Source: Octopus sinensis
Taxonomy: Eukaryota
NCBI RefSeq assembly: GCF_006345805.1
Contig: NC_042997.1
Span: forward strand, 81,282,001 to 81,346,000
Direction of reading: 5' to 3'
Length of the DNA: 64,000 nt
Part shown: positions 49,077 to 64,000 of the stretch, in pieces
Layout: each line of letters starts with the position of its first letter
Position numbering within the stretch: position 1 is the first letter of the stretch
The notes under the pieces: model-generated
What the model saw: the letters and a program-made list of their open reading frames with translations, nothing else
Databases searched by the model: none
Told to the model about the DNA's origin: nothing
Program-made: the position numbers and the translations under genes

Positions 49077-51575
49077 GAGAGAGAGGATTAATTTCACTAA
49101 GTTCTGCTACATATATATGTATGTATGTATGTATGTAGAATTACATATCCTTGCCTGTGAAATTTATGCCTCTTAACTTAAATGTGGATGAAGTTTTATG
49201 AAAAGCTAAAAGCTACTTGAGAGTAGCAGCTGGTTGAAAAAATATGATGTTTCTAATGACCTAAAGATCCATACTTTATTGCTGTTACTGGTATTGTGCT
49301 CACTTAAATGAATCATTCTACTTAGTTTTACCATTTCAAGTAGTACATGTACTATGAAAATGATGCATACTTTGTTGACTTGCAGTGATGACTTCATAAA
49401 CATGTCATTTATAAAAAAAACAGGCTCATTTATATTCACTTTCTTATATGAAGACATTGTGATTACCTGCCAAAGACAGATTACATGAAAAGACTTTATG
49501 TGCTTCAGACATTTATACTTCAGTAGGACTTACTCTCTTTTATCTATGTATTAGAATTACTTCACTTAATATTGATATCACTTTCTCTCAAAAGATTGAA
49601 CAATTTTAGGACAAAAACCAATTATAAAGTGTTATCAAGATTCCTTAAACTATTCATAGATAAACCTGGATCTTATAGAATTCATTATCATTTAAATGTT
49701 CATGGCATGATTACTATTGTAAAGCCTGAAGGTTTACCACTAAGCTAGCAAACAGGCTAATGTATAATCTTAGTGTTTGATTCAATGTTATACTTTAATA
49801 TTATTAGATTCTTTAGCTCTCAGTTCCTTATGAATTTCAAGTATTGCAAGCTAAATCCAAGATGGAGCATCACTATCAGAGTATAGATGATCTAGAAATT
49901 GAGTGAAATGACTGACTGGCTTGGGTGTTAAGAAAATAAATGGCAAATGAATTATTTGAATAAGATTGGCTAGATTTGAATATGCAATGTCTGTCTAAAA
50001 TTTACCACTTGTCAACTTGTTGCATAGTTTGAAGAAGCAAGCAGCTTAAATCTTGTGAGTTGTCTGAGGTCTGTAGTAGAATCTATTTGATGTAGCTCAA
50101 AAGAGTTGGTTAGCAGCTAGACAGGCTGTGAACAGCTGTCCATAAATTTCAGTGAAAGAAAAATTCTTTGCCTTTTCATAACCCAAGATAAAATGTATGC
50201 ATGTGTATATATTGATATTTATCTGTGTATAAATATATAAATATATATACTAGTATGCGTATATTTCAAGATTTGTAAGTATGCTTATATATAGAAATAT
50301 GTATCTACCTATATTTTTTTACTCTCTTTCCAGAATGGTGAGATTGATACACATGTGTTTAGTTTGAAGCTATGTTAGATCTTTTCTGTTTGGTTGCCAC
50401 TTTTCAATTTCTTCAATTTTGTTCCAATTGATTTCAAATTTGTTATAATTTTGTCTGCTCATTATTGATATGAAATTTACTTTCACCATAAATCAATAAA
50501 TAAACATTTAATAGCTTTTTTAAATTTGCAAATTTTGGCTAATTTTAGCCAATCAAAAACCACAGACATATAGGTGCCTGTTCCCATAGTAACAAGTCAA
50601 GTATTGGAAAAGAATTTATGAAAAACCATGTGTTTACAAACTGATATTTTACACAGTGCTTTCCTACTTGTACCCAACTTTTTCTGTTCTTAAAACTACA
50701 AAATGTATTGTTTATTCTTTTTTTATCCTTAAATGCATACTGAATGCGTAAAACTACAAAATATGTGTTGTTTACTTGTTTATTTGGTCATTTTTCACTT
50801 ATCAAATGCTTAAAACATGAGTTACTGTACAATGTTGACATTATTATTTTGTCGTCTTACAATTGGAGTCATGCACAAAGTGACAGTTTCCAAATCTTGT
50901 TTTCTGACTGGGTAAAAATTATCAAACTTTAAACCTCTGTAACTTGAAAAAAAAATTTTTTCTGGAACAAGCGGCCCTGAGATTCAGCCTGAAAAAATTA
51001 CATCAATACATCAAATTTGAAAATTTTCTCGTAATTTTAATGTTTCAAAACGTGCAACCAAATAGAAAAGGTTTGGTATGTTGAAAAAAAGATTGCTCAA
51101 AAGAAAAACTGCAACAGACATAATTTTGAATATTGAAGTACACCAGTGTTAGTAAAATGTGGAATGAAAAGAACACTACCAGTACTCACTGCAATGGAGC
51201 AGTCTGACAGGAAGCTTCTAATCAAAGAGAAGAGAGACACATGAATCCTGTAAGTAATATAGATAGTATTTCCTCAATATACATAACACAAAATACTTTG
51301 CTATGTCAAAGACAATAACACTGTTTATATTAAAGTTCTCTCTTGAGTGAGAGAATACATTTGTGTGAAGAGGAGACTTCCAATAGAGCTAGCTCTTTGA
51401 AAATCTTATTAGTAATTACTAATGAGAGAGAGAGGGGGATAGAGAAAAAGACAGAGTTGATTCCTTAAATAAATCCACTTGTTTTCAATGGCTTTTGTCA
51501 TTAAACATTTGGTATGAACTTGTCTTGAAAAGGGTACCTGCAAATTTCAAAACTTTGTAAAAAAAAAAAAAATAG

Positions 51576-51738
51576 TAGGTGCAGGAGTGGCTGTGTGGTA
51601 AGTAGCTTGCTTACCAACCACATGGTTCCAGGTTCAGTCCCATTGCGTGGCACCTTGGGTAAGTGTCTTCTACTATAGCCTTAGGCTGACCAAAATCTTG
51701 TGAGTGGATTTGGTAGACGGAAACTGAAAGAAGCCTGT

Positions 51739-51769
<31 letters not shown>

Positions 51770-51997
51770 AAGTATGTATGTATATGTTTGTGTGTCTCTG
51801 TTTGTCCCCCTCCCCCACACAACATCGCTTGATAACCGATGCTGGTGTGTTTACATCCCTGTAATTTAGCAGTTCAGCAAAAGAGACCGATAGAATAAGT
51901 ACTAGGCTTACAAAGAATAAGTCCTGGGCTCGATTTGCTCAACTAAAGGTGGTGCTCTAGCATGGCCTCAGTCAAATGACTGAAACAAATAAAGAGA
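51576..51997 (+). mobile_element. tRNA-derived SINE, full length
   Basis: Colinear with the 34438-34860 copy. Confidence 0.9.
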
Positions 51998-52799
51998 GTA
52001 GCAGCTAAATCAAAGGAAGCCTGCCATTATGGATGTATGATCATTTAATAAGCAAATTGTCTTACAATTAAGAATTTCACATTTAGAACAGGCATACATT
52101 CTAAAAAAGGATACATTCTAAAAGCTGTATCTAGCACCTAGAAGCACAAGACCACTTGACTGGTAACACAGGCTAGAGCAGTAGCAGCAGCAGCAGTTCC
52201 CAACAATATGTGTATTGCCTAGCAGATTGGAAAGATTACCGGTGATTCAAAAGCCACTTGAAGCTTTGTCAAAGCAGAATATGACACTCAGCAGGAAATA
52301 TGATGAAGCAACATGCATTGCAACAACCAACAAAGGGTAATATTTCAATCTTGTTTTCTAGCCTTAGTTTTTTGTTACTGCCAGCAGATCCACATCCATA
52401 TGGGAAATGTAGTTGTCAACCAACTGTGTCAATAACAGACCATAGCACACATATGTGGAGCAAACATTTATGTTTAGATATGTTACTAAGATATCTAATG
52501 GGTTGCAAACCTCTTTTGCTGATAGTTCTGTAGGCAACCTTATTTGAATCCAGTGCCATCATGTTTTAATGAGAATCATCTATAGTTATCTTTCCTGTCA
52601 CAGCGTTAGCAACTAGGTGGTGCTTGTTACATAGCTATAAAAGACGTGCACACACAGGTAACATCCTCTTTCTCTCACACACTGCCTGCAGCTAGCCACG
52701 GTTTCTCCATCTCTGTTCATGCTACAAGACAACTTCCCATTGATTGAATTTTCTTAACTTGTCTTTCACCAGTCATGGAATGTGGCAAGACGAAAACAT

Positions 52800-52920
52800 T
52801 TCCTTATTAAAATTCCATTCTGTTATATTGAATGTTACTGTTCAAGCTTTATAAATGCTCTCATCCCAGATTGGAATAAATCCCTCATGTACATGAAGTC
52901 TTCCAAAGTCTCATGTGAGT
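52800..52920 (+). mobile_element. LINE ORF2 extreme C-terminal remnant (CR1/L2-like)
   Basis: ECYCSSFINALIPDWNK resembles the SF...IP.WN.L motif at the end of CR1/L2 ORF2. Confidence 0.45.
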
Positions 52921-53765
52921 TGTTGTTGTTCCTCACTGGACTGATTCTAACAGTGATTGAAGGATAACCGAACATTATATTAAATTAGTGGGCTAAAAAC
53001 CTGCTAAAGTTCCATTGACTTACACAGGCATTTTACAGAACTTAAGACAATTATTGTAGAACTTCATATAGGCATTGGGCATATCTTCAAAAGTGGTCAA
53101 AGCAATCAAACTGATTTACAGAAAGGCATTGTGTAATGCAAGAATAAGAGATGTAGGCATTGGCCTTTTTCATACCGTGATGCAGAAGTAATGCAATGTA
53201 TTGACCAGCAAAATTTCTCTAATATTGACTTCAGTTTACATTGCTGCACTAGTAGTGAGAATCAAAGATGTACAGTTCCTCAGTGATGATAGCACAGCAA
53301 TAGCAGTCAGTGGCCTTAACAACATGATGACTAGAACACATTCTCATCATCAAATATTTATATCAATCCAAAAGAAGTGTAGGAGAAGATTTAACCTACC
53401 TGAGCAACAATATCAATGAAGCCATAAACAAAATACTTAATTGATAAAGAAAAAAGGTCTGTTAAATTCAAACAAATATTTAAGATCTGGAAGAGAAAAA
53501 ATACCTCTCCCTCAAGAAAAGAGTAGGTTTTATAATTTCAATTTACTCCATGATCTTCTCTTCAGTTGTGAGCTATGTAACCTGGAAACCTGTCAAATAG
53601 TGAAGCACAAATATATTTGAGTGCAGATTCCTCCATAAAATCATATGAAGAAGTAGACAAAACAACAATCAAAGTCTGCAGTGGTGTGCAAGCAATAATT
53701 CTGTCAGGCCTGACCTGTAAACCAATTTCTTTGATAGAATCTGAAAAGATAGGGAAAGATCACCA

Positions 53766-54150
53766 TAGGTGCAGGTGTGGCTGAGTAGTAAGAAGTTAGC
53801 TTCCCAACCACATGGTTCTGGGTTCAGTCTGACTGCATGGTACCTTAGCTCTTCTACTATAGCTTTAGGTTGAGCAAAGCTTTGTGAGTGGATTCTTGGT
53901 AGATGGAAACTGAAATAAGCCTGTTGCATATATATATGTATGTGTGTGTCTTTGTATCTGTGTTTGTCTCCACTTGACAACCGGTGATGGTTTGTTTACA
54001 TCCCTCTAACTTAATAGTTCAGCAAAAGTTACTGATAGAATAAGTACCAGGCTTAAAAATAAGTTTTGGAGTCAATTCATTCAATTAAAACCTCTTCAAG
54101 GCAGTGCCTCAGCATGGCCACAGTCTAATGATTGAAACGAGTAAAAGAGA
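53766..54150 (+). mobile_element. tRNA-derived SINE, diverged
   Basis: Head taggtgcaggtgtggctg and tail ccagcatggccacagtc..atga.tgaaac. Confidence 0.8.
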
Positions 54151-55761
54151 AAAAAGGTAAACGATAAGATGATTATTTGTTAAGAATCTTCAGCAGGTGA
54201 ACAAGCCCTAAACTTATGCAACAGGAATGAATACAGACCAATTTATTGAAGAATTTTAACTACCTTATGCTTGTAGAGTCTATAATAAGTTTGGAAAAAT
54301 TACGCAGAATGATAGTATGTTAAAAAAAAATGAGAAAAAAAAATCAGATTCTGAAATTTAAATCCATAATCTCTTCTTTCAGCTGATTCAACTGTGCATT
54401 ATATGTATTAAAATAGAAATACTTAGAATATTTATCTGCTTTATTTTAAAATATTCTATAGTTTGCACACTTATTCATTGAAACAATACAGACTTTACTG
54501 TTTTCTAAGCTACGCAGGCCATTTCTACATAGATAAAATATAAAATATTGTTTTGGTGACAGAGTAGCATATGAGTAAAACAAAAGTTGAAAATGTTCAA
54601 CTATATATTTTGTTTTCAACAGAATCATGTAGGTAAGCAGAAAACTTTGAGACAACTGGATATTGCTCAACTTTGAACATATGACAGTGTTTTAGAAATT
54701 GAAAATGCCTTGTCCACTAGGTTACTGCTTGCATATCAATAACAGAGATGCATAACAGCACACAACACGGCCATTTTTCATACCACACACATATACACAT
54801 ACAACTCTTTACTTGTAACAAACATTCATAGAATTACCATAAAGTAGTTTCTGTTCTCTAACACTTCTAACAGAATCCTTATGTGCCCCTGTAATTCTGA
54901 ATTCTCTAACTCCAGTTCCATCTGAATTCAGTTATGTACGCACTTTTCATCAAACATCTCTGACCTGCCTACAACTAATGGTTCACACAACATCTGAAAG
55001 GTAATGGAAATGGTTGTAAACAAATAGTTCTTTCATCACTTTGAGTATGTCTTCTTTAATCTTTGTCCCTTGCACTTGACAAAGCACAGTTACTACTGAA
55101 CTTGGCACCTACTAAAACTTCAACTGTCTTTCATGAAAACATACCCAGTTGTCCACCAGCGGGCTCTTATATCATTATTTCACATTACAACCTTACTGCC
55201 AAACCATAATACCATGTGCTGTTGAAGTTCTTTCAAACTCTCATTCTATAAACTTGGCAATATCCCAAGCTCTGGTTATATCTCCCACATTCCTCCCATG
55301 TACATTAAAGACCAGCTTGTTATTACTTCCAGCAACACACATTCCTATGCCAACATTATCATCATTTATATACCTTTAACCTCCCATACATAGGTGGTAT
55401 CATCTACTTACATTCTTAACACTTCACACTGTTTATGGAGTCACAGTGACTCCATAAACAGTGACACTTTCCAATGATGACATGAAAACTTGGCTTCTTT
55501 AAACAGCACAAATACACTACTAGACATATATCAAAGAAACAGTTCTGTACTTCACCCTCCTCTACATATGAACAACGAGCAGTTAAATCCTCAAAGTTAT
55601 TATGGATGCTAGGCCTTATGGTCACTCATAGTAACACTACTCATATAACATTGCCAAAATTACATAAAAGAATTCAAATTCCTCTTTCAGGCCCAGAAAC
55701 TTGGATAAATTATTACTGATCATTTTCAAATTTCAGGCAACATCCTTCTCAAATATATGGA

Positions 55762-55770
55762 AGGCAATGA

Positions 55771-55831
<61 letters not shown>

Positions 55832-55850
55832 GCTACTGCTGCTGCTGCTG
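55762..55850. repeat. (CTA)n grading into (CTG)n trinucleotide repeat
   Basis: Direct reading. Confidence 0.95.
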
Positions 55851-56031
55851 CACACAAAAAAAGAAAGAATAAGAAAAAGAAAAAAAAGCAGGAGTGCATT
55901 CAAAAGAAAACCATCCAACAGATTTGCAATGACTCAATCACCAAACAGGCTTCAAGAATTAGATTACAGACATGCTTAATCTTCTCTCTGCTTCTTCTAT
56001 CACTACCACAGTTGCTAATTCTCCTTTGAGG

Positions 56032-57150
56032 TATTAGATTGTCCAGAAAGTTCCGAGTGTCTTTTAATATGCAAAAAGGGATACAAATAATTGACTTTTC
56101 AATAAATTTTATTCATTGAAATAATTTCTATTATTATTAATGACTTTTGCCCATCTATCAGGCAATTTAAATATTCCATAAGTATAAAATTTGACTGATT
56201 TTGAAGAGAAAAATTATCTAGATGCATTTTGACTCCATCTAAATCATTAAATGTTTTTCATTGCAATGAGTTCTGTAAAGACAAAAGAAGAATATAGTGG
56301 ATGGGGTAAGAGATCCCAAAGAAGTTCATGTAACTTTGTTTGGGCAGTCAAAGACACGTGTGGTCAGCCATTGCTTTGGTGGAACACAACCCATTTTCTG
56401 TTGGCAACCCCAGGCTCAATTCTTTGATTTTTTGGTTCAAATTAGCCAACTGATGACAGTACACATCAGAATTAATGGTCTGGTTTTGTGGGGGAAGCTC
56501 ACAATAATTAATGCCTTTATGATCCCACAAAAAACACAAAGCATAGCTTTTTTGGCATAGATATTCATCTCTGGTTGCCGTTTTGGGGGATCCTTATGCA
56601 AGCTCCAGGGTCTTTTTTTCGCACTACATTTTCGTACACAATCCATTTTTCATCTCCAGTCACAAGTTGTTTCAAAAAAAATATGCTTTCATTCTATTTC
56701 TAAATGGAAATCAGTATTCCACAAATGGAGTACCAGTCCAAGCAATTCTTTTCTGAGAGTTTGTGAGGGACCCATACATCATAGCAAGAAATGTATCCTA
56801 GTTTCACTGGATGTTCATGAGCTGTACTTTTAGAAACTTCTAACTTGTCTGCAAGTTCTCAAACCGTGACATTTGATTTTTGCCTTCAAGATATCTTCAT
56901 CCAATTTTGAAGGTCTTCTACTGTGACTGTCATCTTCCAAGCTAAATTCTCCAGCTTTAAATTTTGCAAGCCACCTTCAAACAACAGTTGATTCACCTAC
57001 AGCACCATCACCATAAACTTCACAAATGTTTTTGCAAGTCTTTGCAGCATTTTCTCCATTTTTAAAAAAGAAAAGCAAATATCAATAAAGGGTAATCAGA
57101 ATGAAAAATAAATCTATTTTTAGTCAGGAACAAAGAAGAGATGCACTACC
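56032..57150 (-). mobile_element. Near full-length decayed mariner transposon
   Basis: N-terminus LLFFFKNGENAAKTCKNICEVYGDGAVGEST..WLAKFKAGEFSLED; catalytic region MLCVF.WDHKGI.YCEL.PQNQTINSDVYCHQL; C-terminal HPLYS..LS and terminal tattagattgtccagaaagttcc. Confidence 0.9.
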
Positions 57151-57426
57151 ACTTCAAGCAATGCCAAAGTTTTAACTGCTACATTTCAGGTGTGTTCAAT
57201 GAAGTGTTAAAAGATTTACCTTAAAAATGCTCAGAACTTTCCAGACAACGTAATAGCTATCTGCATACCTTGATACACTCATCTCTCTTCTTCCACCTTG
57301 TCTTTTAATCTTTGAAACTTCACTAAACATTTCAATGTGGAAACCTTTCTCTCCAAAACTAAAACCTACTGGAACTTCCTCACTGTTCATGTAATTTTTT
57401 TATCCGGAAATTTCTCCCAGATGCAG

Positions 57427-57595
57427 GACTGTCTGAGCAGCATTATAGGCCCCTGAGCAAATCAATGCAGTAGGCTCTATAGTATTTACTTATTGACAGC
57501 AAGACATACTACATATAGATCGTAATTGGGCCCCTAAGCCTGTGAGGTCCCTGAGCAACAACCTAGTGTGCCCATGTCTTAAGATGGTACTAATC
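57427..57595 (+). mobile_element. hAT-like MITE, about 170 bp; second copy inverted at about 62759-62931
   Basis: Shared cagcattataggccc.tg.g.aaat.aatg.a...ggc.ctatagtattta.ttattga core and CAG..CTG-like ends. Confidence 0.6.
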
Positions 57596-59274
57596 TGATG
57601 TTCAATCTGAATGCCTGCCACTCCAATCATATTAGTCTGGATGAGCCCTCAGTAATCATGAATACCATTGCCACCTCCCTTTTGACTAACTTATTGGAGA
57701 ACATCATTATTTCATGCCCCAGACCCCATATTAAACACTTTTCTTTTAATTAATAACTCACGTGGAACTCTCTTCCTCTACTCCTTTGCTTTACACAAAA
57801 ATTACAACCTACTGTCTGTAACAAAAAAAAAACAAAAAAAAACCCAAGTCACATTGAATAATATATTTTGAATTGATTTTTGCTTGAGAAAATGGAATGA
57901 TCATGGTTAGAATGACATTAACCATAGGTCTATCTGCTCAGTCAGGGTTGATCTGGGACTAAACAATGACAATATTTTAGCCTTCAATTATTTCAATTAT
58001 TTCATCATCAGTTAGAAATCATTATAATTAAATCAAAACCATTATTAATAAAACTAGAAGTCGTTATTCCTCCTCCTCCTCCTCCTCATCATCATCATCA
58101 TCACCACCACCACCATCATCGTCGTTTTAATGTCCATTTTTCAATGCCTGCATGGGTTGGAAAGAATTTGTTGAGGCAGATTTTCAACAGCTAGATGCCC
58201 TTCCTATCACCAACTCACACATGTTTCCAAATAAAGTAATATTTTCTTTGATCAGACATGTTTTTACAGAAGATTGGAAATGAAGGATACCAATTGCATG
58301 ATGGTAACATTTATTTGCAGCCATCACATGAAGTCATAATGAAGAGACAGTAACATACACATGCATGTGCATGCGCGTGCATGCACACACACAGTAAGTT
58401 TATTTCAGTTTCTACCAATGAAATCCACTCACAATGCTTTAATTAGTCTGGGGCTATAGTTGAAGACACTGAACCCGAAACCATGTGGTTGGGAAACAAA
58501 CTTTTTGCCACACAGCCACACCTGTATCTTATTATTATTAACAGAAATCATTATTATTAGTAAAACTAGAAACCATTTATACTGGTTTCAAATTTTGGCA
58601 TAAGGCCAGCAGGTTTGGGGGAGGGACTAAGTCAATTAAATCAGCCTCAGTGTTCAACTGGTACTTATTTTACTGACCCTGAAAGGATGAAAGGCAAAGT
58701 CAACACCAGTGAAATTTGAACTCAAAATGTAAAGACAGAAAAAAATGCTGCTAAGCATTTCACCAGGTGTGAGAAACCATTAATATTAAAACTAAAAATC
58801 ATTGTTATTAGTAGAAATAACGCAAAGATTTGAAAAGATTCGTTTATCTTTGGTCAGTTTCATTTCTAACACCATGTCAGCAATAGTGACCATTTATCAT
58901 CACCTCAGAGCAGAAGTTGTGAAATGATGGTAGAAAGATGCCAGCAATTGTCAAGATAGATGATCACTATATGTTAGAATTATAATAGTACCTCTGACTT
59001 TACACTTAGCAAATTTGTCTTGCTTTCAAACTCAACATTTATATATTTATTCCTTGCACCTGTGTGGGAAATAAACGGGCAGACATCAAATGTCTGTATT
59101 TCCAGTTTGATTATTTGTAGTCAGTGATGAATATTAATGTGATTTTAGCAGAAGTGGTCATGGTGGATGATGAACATGAAAGTTAGTAAAACCAAATAGC
59201 TATAGTCAGGAATTCAACTCATTACAAGTTCAACTTTGCTCTGGAGTACTAATCAGACTCTCTCTCTCTAGCTG

Positions 59275-59342
<68 letters not shown>

Positions 59343-61177
59343 ATGTGTGTGCACCTGTAGTTGAATGTGAAGGCACATGGCCTAGTGGTTAGGCTGTTGC
59401 ACTCAAGATTGGTAGATCATGGTTTTGATTCCAGACTGGGTTGCACATTGCGTTCTTGAGCAAAACATTTCATTTCATGTTGCTCCAGTCCAACTTTCAA
59501 CTAGGTGGGAATGTTGGCCAGCTTACCTACCCAGTGAGAGTAGCATCATTCAAAGGCTAAAATGATGCAAAGCTCACAGTGACCAGCAGTGTGTAATAAC
59601 ATCTGATAGCCTTGTCAGTCATGTGATCATGTGATATAATTGAATAGAATTTGATTAAAAGCTTTTCAGTATGCTATGCAGCGTGACTGAACCCAGAACT
59701 ACATAAGTTGTGAAACAAACTTCTTAACCATACAGACATGCCTGCTGCTCTGAAACACTTGCCCAAGGTGTTATGCAGTGGGACTGAACTAAAGTAATAT
59801 ATATTTTGTATTGGAACATGGGGACTGATAATTTAGCCTCTCTTAGTAAATTCAGTTACTCTTTAATGTCAAAATACATGTCTTTAAAATTAATTTCTCT
59901 GTAATTAATTTATTTTAGTTTTAAGTTTAAAGATGATAAAGTAGAGACCAGTTTCAAAATAGAATGGAACCAACATTGGTTGATATTCCCTCTATTAACA
60001 TTGAATATTAGATAATATACTATATTGCTGATCTGACAGGGAAAAACAAATGAAGGCAATACTCTTCATGTATAGCTAGAATTTCTCTTCTTGGTGCTTG
60101 ACTACAGCCAGGCTTGTGTAATTAACAGTAAATCCATGAAATAAATAATTATTGAACATTTTTTGATATGTTACTAATGGAAAATTTCCTTGGAAAGTGA
60201 AGAGGGTATGTTATTTACTACTTTTATAGAGATTGTTATAACTTTTATGATCATATCAGTCAGTTCATATTAATTTCAAATTTTGGCACAAGGCCAGCAA
60301 TTTTGGGGAAGGTGGTAAGACAATTAAATCAATCCCAATGCTCAACTAGTACTTACTTTATCAAATCTGGAAGGATGAAAAGCAAAGTCAGCCACAGTAG
60401 AATTTGAACTCAGAACATAAAGACAGACAAAATACCACTACACATTTTGCCACCTCACTGCCTTCCAGTCAGTTCATATTAAACAGATATATGAAAAGCA
60501 TTCAATTTTACTTCACTTTTAAATGTATACAGAAAATGGAGCATTATAAATGTACCATTAAAACAGTTTCCTTGAAAGAAAGTCCTTTGAGATACACCAT
60601 TTTATAGACACTTCATTGTCATTCTTATCATCACAAATGCAGTAATCTCTAACCAAGGACACTGTTGTTTACATATTATAATGTAATATGAAATACTCAC
60701 TGATTTAACATGGTCATAAGTACAGCAAATAATTATTATTTTTGTTGACCTGATAAATTTTCTTACTTTTTCTCATTGGCATATCAAGTATTTATGAGTA
60801 CTGACATTTTATAATATTAATAAAATGACTAGATATACCAATGAAAAAAAAGAAAATTCATTTGATCAATACAAATTAATTAGTACACTTGCATACAGTC
60901 ACTCATTATTAACATCCAACTTCCTTACTATCACACATCATCATTACTATCTACCATTTTCTCTCTTCCAACACTTTATTCTCCATCGCTCTTTTTTCCT
61001 TTATCATGTCACTCATACTGTTTCTATTGAATCTTCTAATCAACAACCATCATGTAGCTGTCTCACTGTCTCTCTTCCTTTACTCATCCTCCTGTCACTC
61101 TCTCACTTCCATCATGCTGGTTCTCTTAATTTATGGTCCCCTCTACTATTCTCTTAAATCCATGTTCTTTCATCACT

Positions 61178-61243
<66 letters not shown>

Positions 61244-62442
61244 TATCAAGGGCATAACAACATTATGGTGCTAATGAACAGAGGCAATATGGGGCAGAGA
61301 GGACTTAGTGAGAACATGGCAACCTCTCTAGTGTTATTGCTGTTATGATGAATTGCATCCACTACATTTAGTAAAGCGGTTCGTAATAAGTGTGTCATTC
61401 CTGCAATAGAAAACATTCCAGAAAAAGAAAGTGCAAATAAGTTATGGTCTCTAACCGATCTAGGAGGCAGCAACCCCAATAAAAACTGACTGTCCAGGAC
61501 ATCCTGTCCAACCCATGCTAGCATGGAAAACTGGACATAAAAAGTGATGACAATGACCTATAAATGTATGCATGTGTGTGTGTGTGTGTGTGTGTATGGG
61601 GGGGTAATTGTAACAATATTATTTCTTTTATGCTCTTCAAAAAATTCAATATTTACCAAAAACATATAACATGTAGCCTATAAGAAAATTTCCTCCAAAC
61701 AGTATGCATAGATTCTAACATGCCATTTGTTCCAGTATTCATATTGATTATATTATTAAACTATTGATTATTTAAATATATTTTCTTATCATTCTCTATT
61801 GCTGGTTGTGGAATCTATTTTTTACATGCAATGAGGAAAAGTAAAAAGCAGATTCAATGCAAATTTGGCATAAATACTATTAAATCACTGACATACCTGT
61901 ATTTAAGTTTCTACCATTACATAGAGTGAAAGGTAGCACTCTGATTTTAAATCATCTGAGACATACCTCCCTGTGGATAGACATTATATATCACTATGGA
62001 ATGATTTGACCATTGAAGTATTTGAGCTGAGAATAGTAAACTTCACTTTTCTATGATTATCAATTTACAGTTAAATAACATATGTTCTGCTGAGAAGGAC
62101 ATTACATTATTTCTTAAAAAATAGGTTTCAAAAATTTGTGATGCATTCTTGGGGATGGAGGTTATAATCATAATTTTCATAAGCCCAATTTTAATTCCAG
62201 AGGAGGATGATCTATGTAAACTTAGTGTGTTTCTGCAATATAAAAGTAAAAGAAAAATTGTTGGCTATAAGTGACCAAGATCAAAATACCACTAAACCAT
62301 TAATAAAACAAAATGTTTAGGAGTTTTCTTGCTGGCTATATGTATTTTGATGAGCACTGAGTAATTTGTAGGGATTGCAAGAAATATCACTGATGTTAGA
62401 GTTTGCCATTCAGTGTGTGTGTGTGTGTATGTGTGTGTGTGT

Positions 62443-62478
<36 letters not shown>

Positions 62479-63519
62479 ATGCCAGGACCTCGATTATTTT
62501 TGTCTTTTTTTTTTCAAAATTTTCAAGTAAAAATTAGAATGCTGGGAAATACAGAATAATAGTCCATTAAGATGGTTTGCATGGCTTATCAGGAAAAGAG
62601 AGTTTCAAATGCCCTCTATAACTGTTGAGATTGATGTAGTCTATGTTCAGATTCTCCCACTGTTACCTAATGTTTACATGAAATACACTGGCAGGAAGGG
62701 TATTTGAGAAGGATGATGGCTTAATATAGCAAGATTCACAAAACTGAAGAGTGTGAGCAGTGCTGTCTAAGGGTTTGGGTAAATTGGGCAATTGCCCAGA
62801 GGAGTAAGCCTTACAGGTCTAAGAGCCCAGTTCTGATCCATGCATGCTGTGGCTATCCATCAATAAATAAATACTATAGGGCCCAGTACATTATTTACCC
62901 AAGGGCCTATAATGCTGTTATGGTGACCCTGAATATGAGGCTGGAGCAGTAAGGATAGAGTAGGGGTAATGCAAGGAGGAGAAACAAGGAAGCCAAGTGA
63001 TCTTGGGTGGAAATGATATATAAGTAGCTAGTCTATTAACAATAAAATAGGCAGAGCAAAGATATAGTGTTATGGGGAAGTTGTTTCAGCTTAGATGACA
63101 TTGTTATTTTGAACATATATACTACTGATAAGAATCAAACAATCAGCTAATACATTAAGATGCTAATTATTCAGCCAGCTGTAATTTTTGCCTTTGCATT
63201 TTCTAGCTCAGTATACTATTTTATTTTGCCTATATATAAAGATATCTTACTAGCTGCAGATATGCGCTATGTGTATTAGTTTGAACTGCTTATGTTGATA
63301 TAAAGACTTTCCCTACATGTTTATTATGTTACTGTTATATATTCCTGGTGATTGTTTACATTTATTTAGTTTGTTACTATTTAACTAAAAATAAGCTCAC
63401 ATACTATATTTGCTGTTGGAATCCTACCACCCCCAAAAGATGCTATATCTTCATAATGATAGTGAAACAACCATTGTGAATAACTATCACAAATAATTCA
63501 GCCTTGTCAAACATGCACA

Positions 63520-63990
63520 CACGTATATATCATCATCATCATCAATAGCAGCAGCACCATTCAATATCTGCTTTCCATGCTGGTATGGGTTGGATGGTTT
63601 GAGAGGAGCTGACAAGCCATGTGACTGCATCATACATACATGCTTGTGCATGTGCATGTGTATGTGTATGGATGGTCATATGTATATATATATATATGTA
63701 TATATTATCATCATCTTTTAATGTCTTTTGTCAATGCTGGCATGTGTTGGACAGCTTGACCAGGGCTGGTAAGCTGAGGGGCTGCACCAGACTTCAGTTT
63801 GATTTGGCATGGTTTCTATGGCTCGATGTCATTCCTAATGCCAATCACTCCAAAAATGTTATGGCTGCCAATTACGTTACACCAGTATCTGCTTTGATTA
63901 CAATTGCACTTGATTTGATGGGTTTTCTACTCAAGCACGGCATATTACTAAGAGTTTGTCATTTATCATTGCCTCAGTGAGGCCCAACAT
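63520..63990 (-). mobile_element. RTE LINE 3' tail fragments
   Basis: (CAT)n followed by ttccatgctggtatgggttggatgg and gatttggcatggtttctatggct. Confidence 0.7.
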
Positions 63991-64000
63991 TTAAAAGGTG

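Noticed and set aside
49206-49470. 83-aa ORF preceded by an acceptor-like tctttggcag
   Set aside because: No homology I recognise and no partner exons found.
55701-56029. Poly-Leu, poly-Ser and poly-Thr ORFs
   Set aside because: They are the (CTA)n repeat read in different frames.
1-64000. rRNA, bona fide tRNA genes, CRISPR arrays, prokaryotic operons
   Set aside because: None seen. The tRNA-like segments are SINE heads, and the window is eukaryotic.

Overview
AT-rich, intron-containing eukaryotic DNA. The repeat content ((TA)n/(TATG)n arrays, RTE LINE tails ending in (GAT)n, tRNA-like SINEs) points to an octopus genome; this is inference, not a database result. The only host gene I can support is a Transformer-2 (TRA2A/TRA2B-like) SR splicing factor on the minus strand. 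I rebuilt nine GT-AG coding exons by hand between 14384 and 1143 (874 nt, about 291 aa, RS1-RRM-RS2). Its last exon was not found and probably lies left of the window. The most interesting signals are in its splicing layout: frame-neutral 72-nt and 15-nt RS exons, a candidate 13/10-nt microexon that may be mutually exclusive with the 130-nt exon 31 nt away, candidate poison exons in intron 1, and a 2.3-kb nested foldback in intron 1. The other ~49 kb (15-64 kb) shows no recognisable host exons. It holds RTE and CR1/L2-like LINE remnants, SINEs, mariner, piggyBac and hAT relics, MITEs, a solo LTR, microsatellites, and two near-perfect tandem duplications that may be assembly artefacts. Repeat boundaries were read by eye and are approximate unless a TSD or TIR is given.
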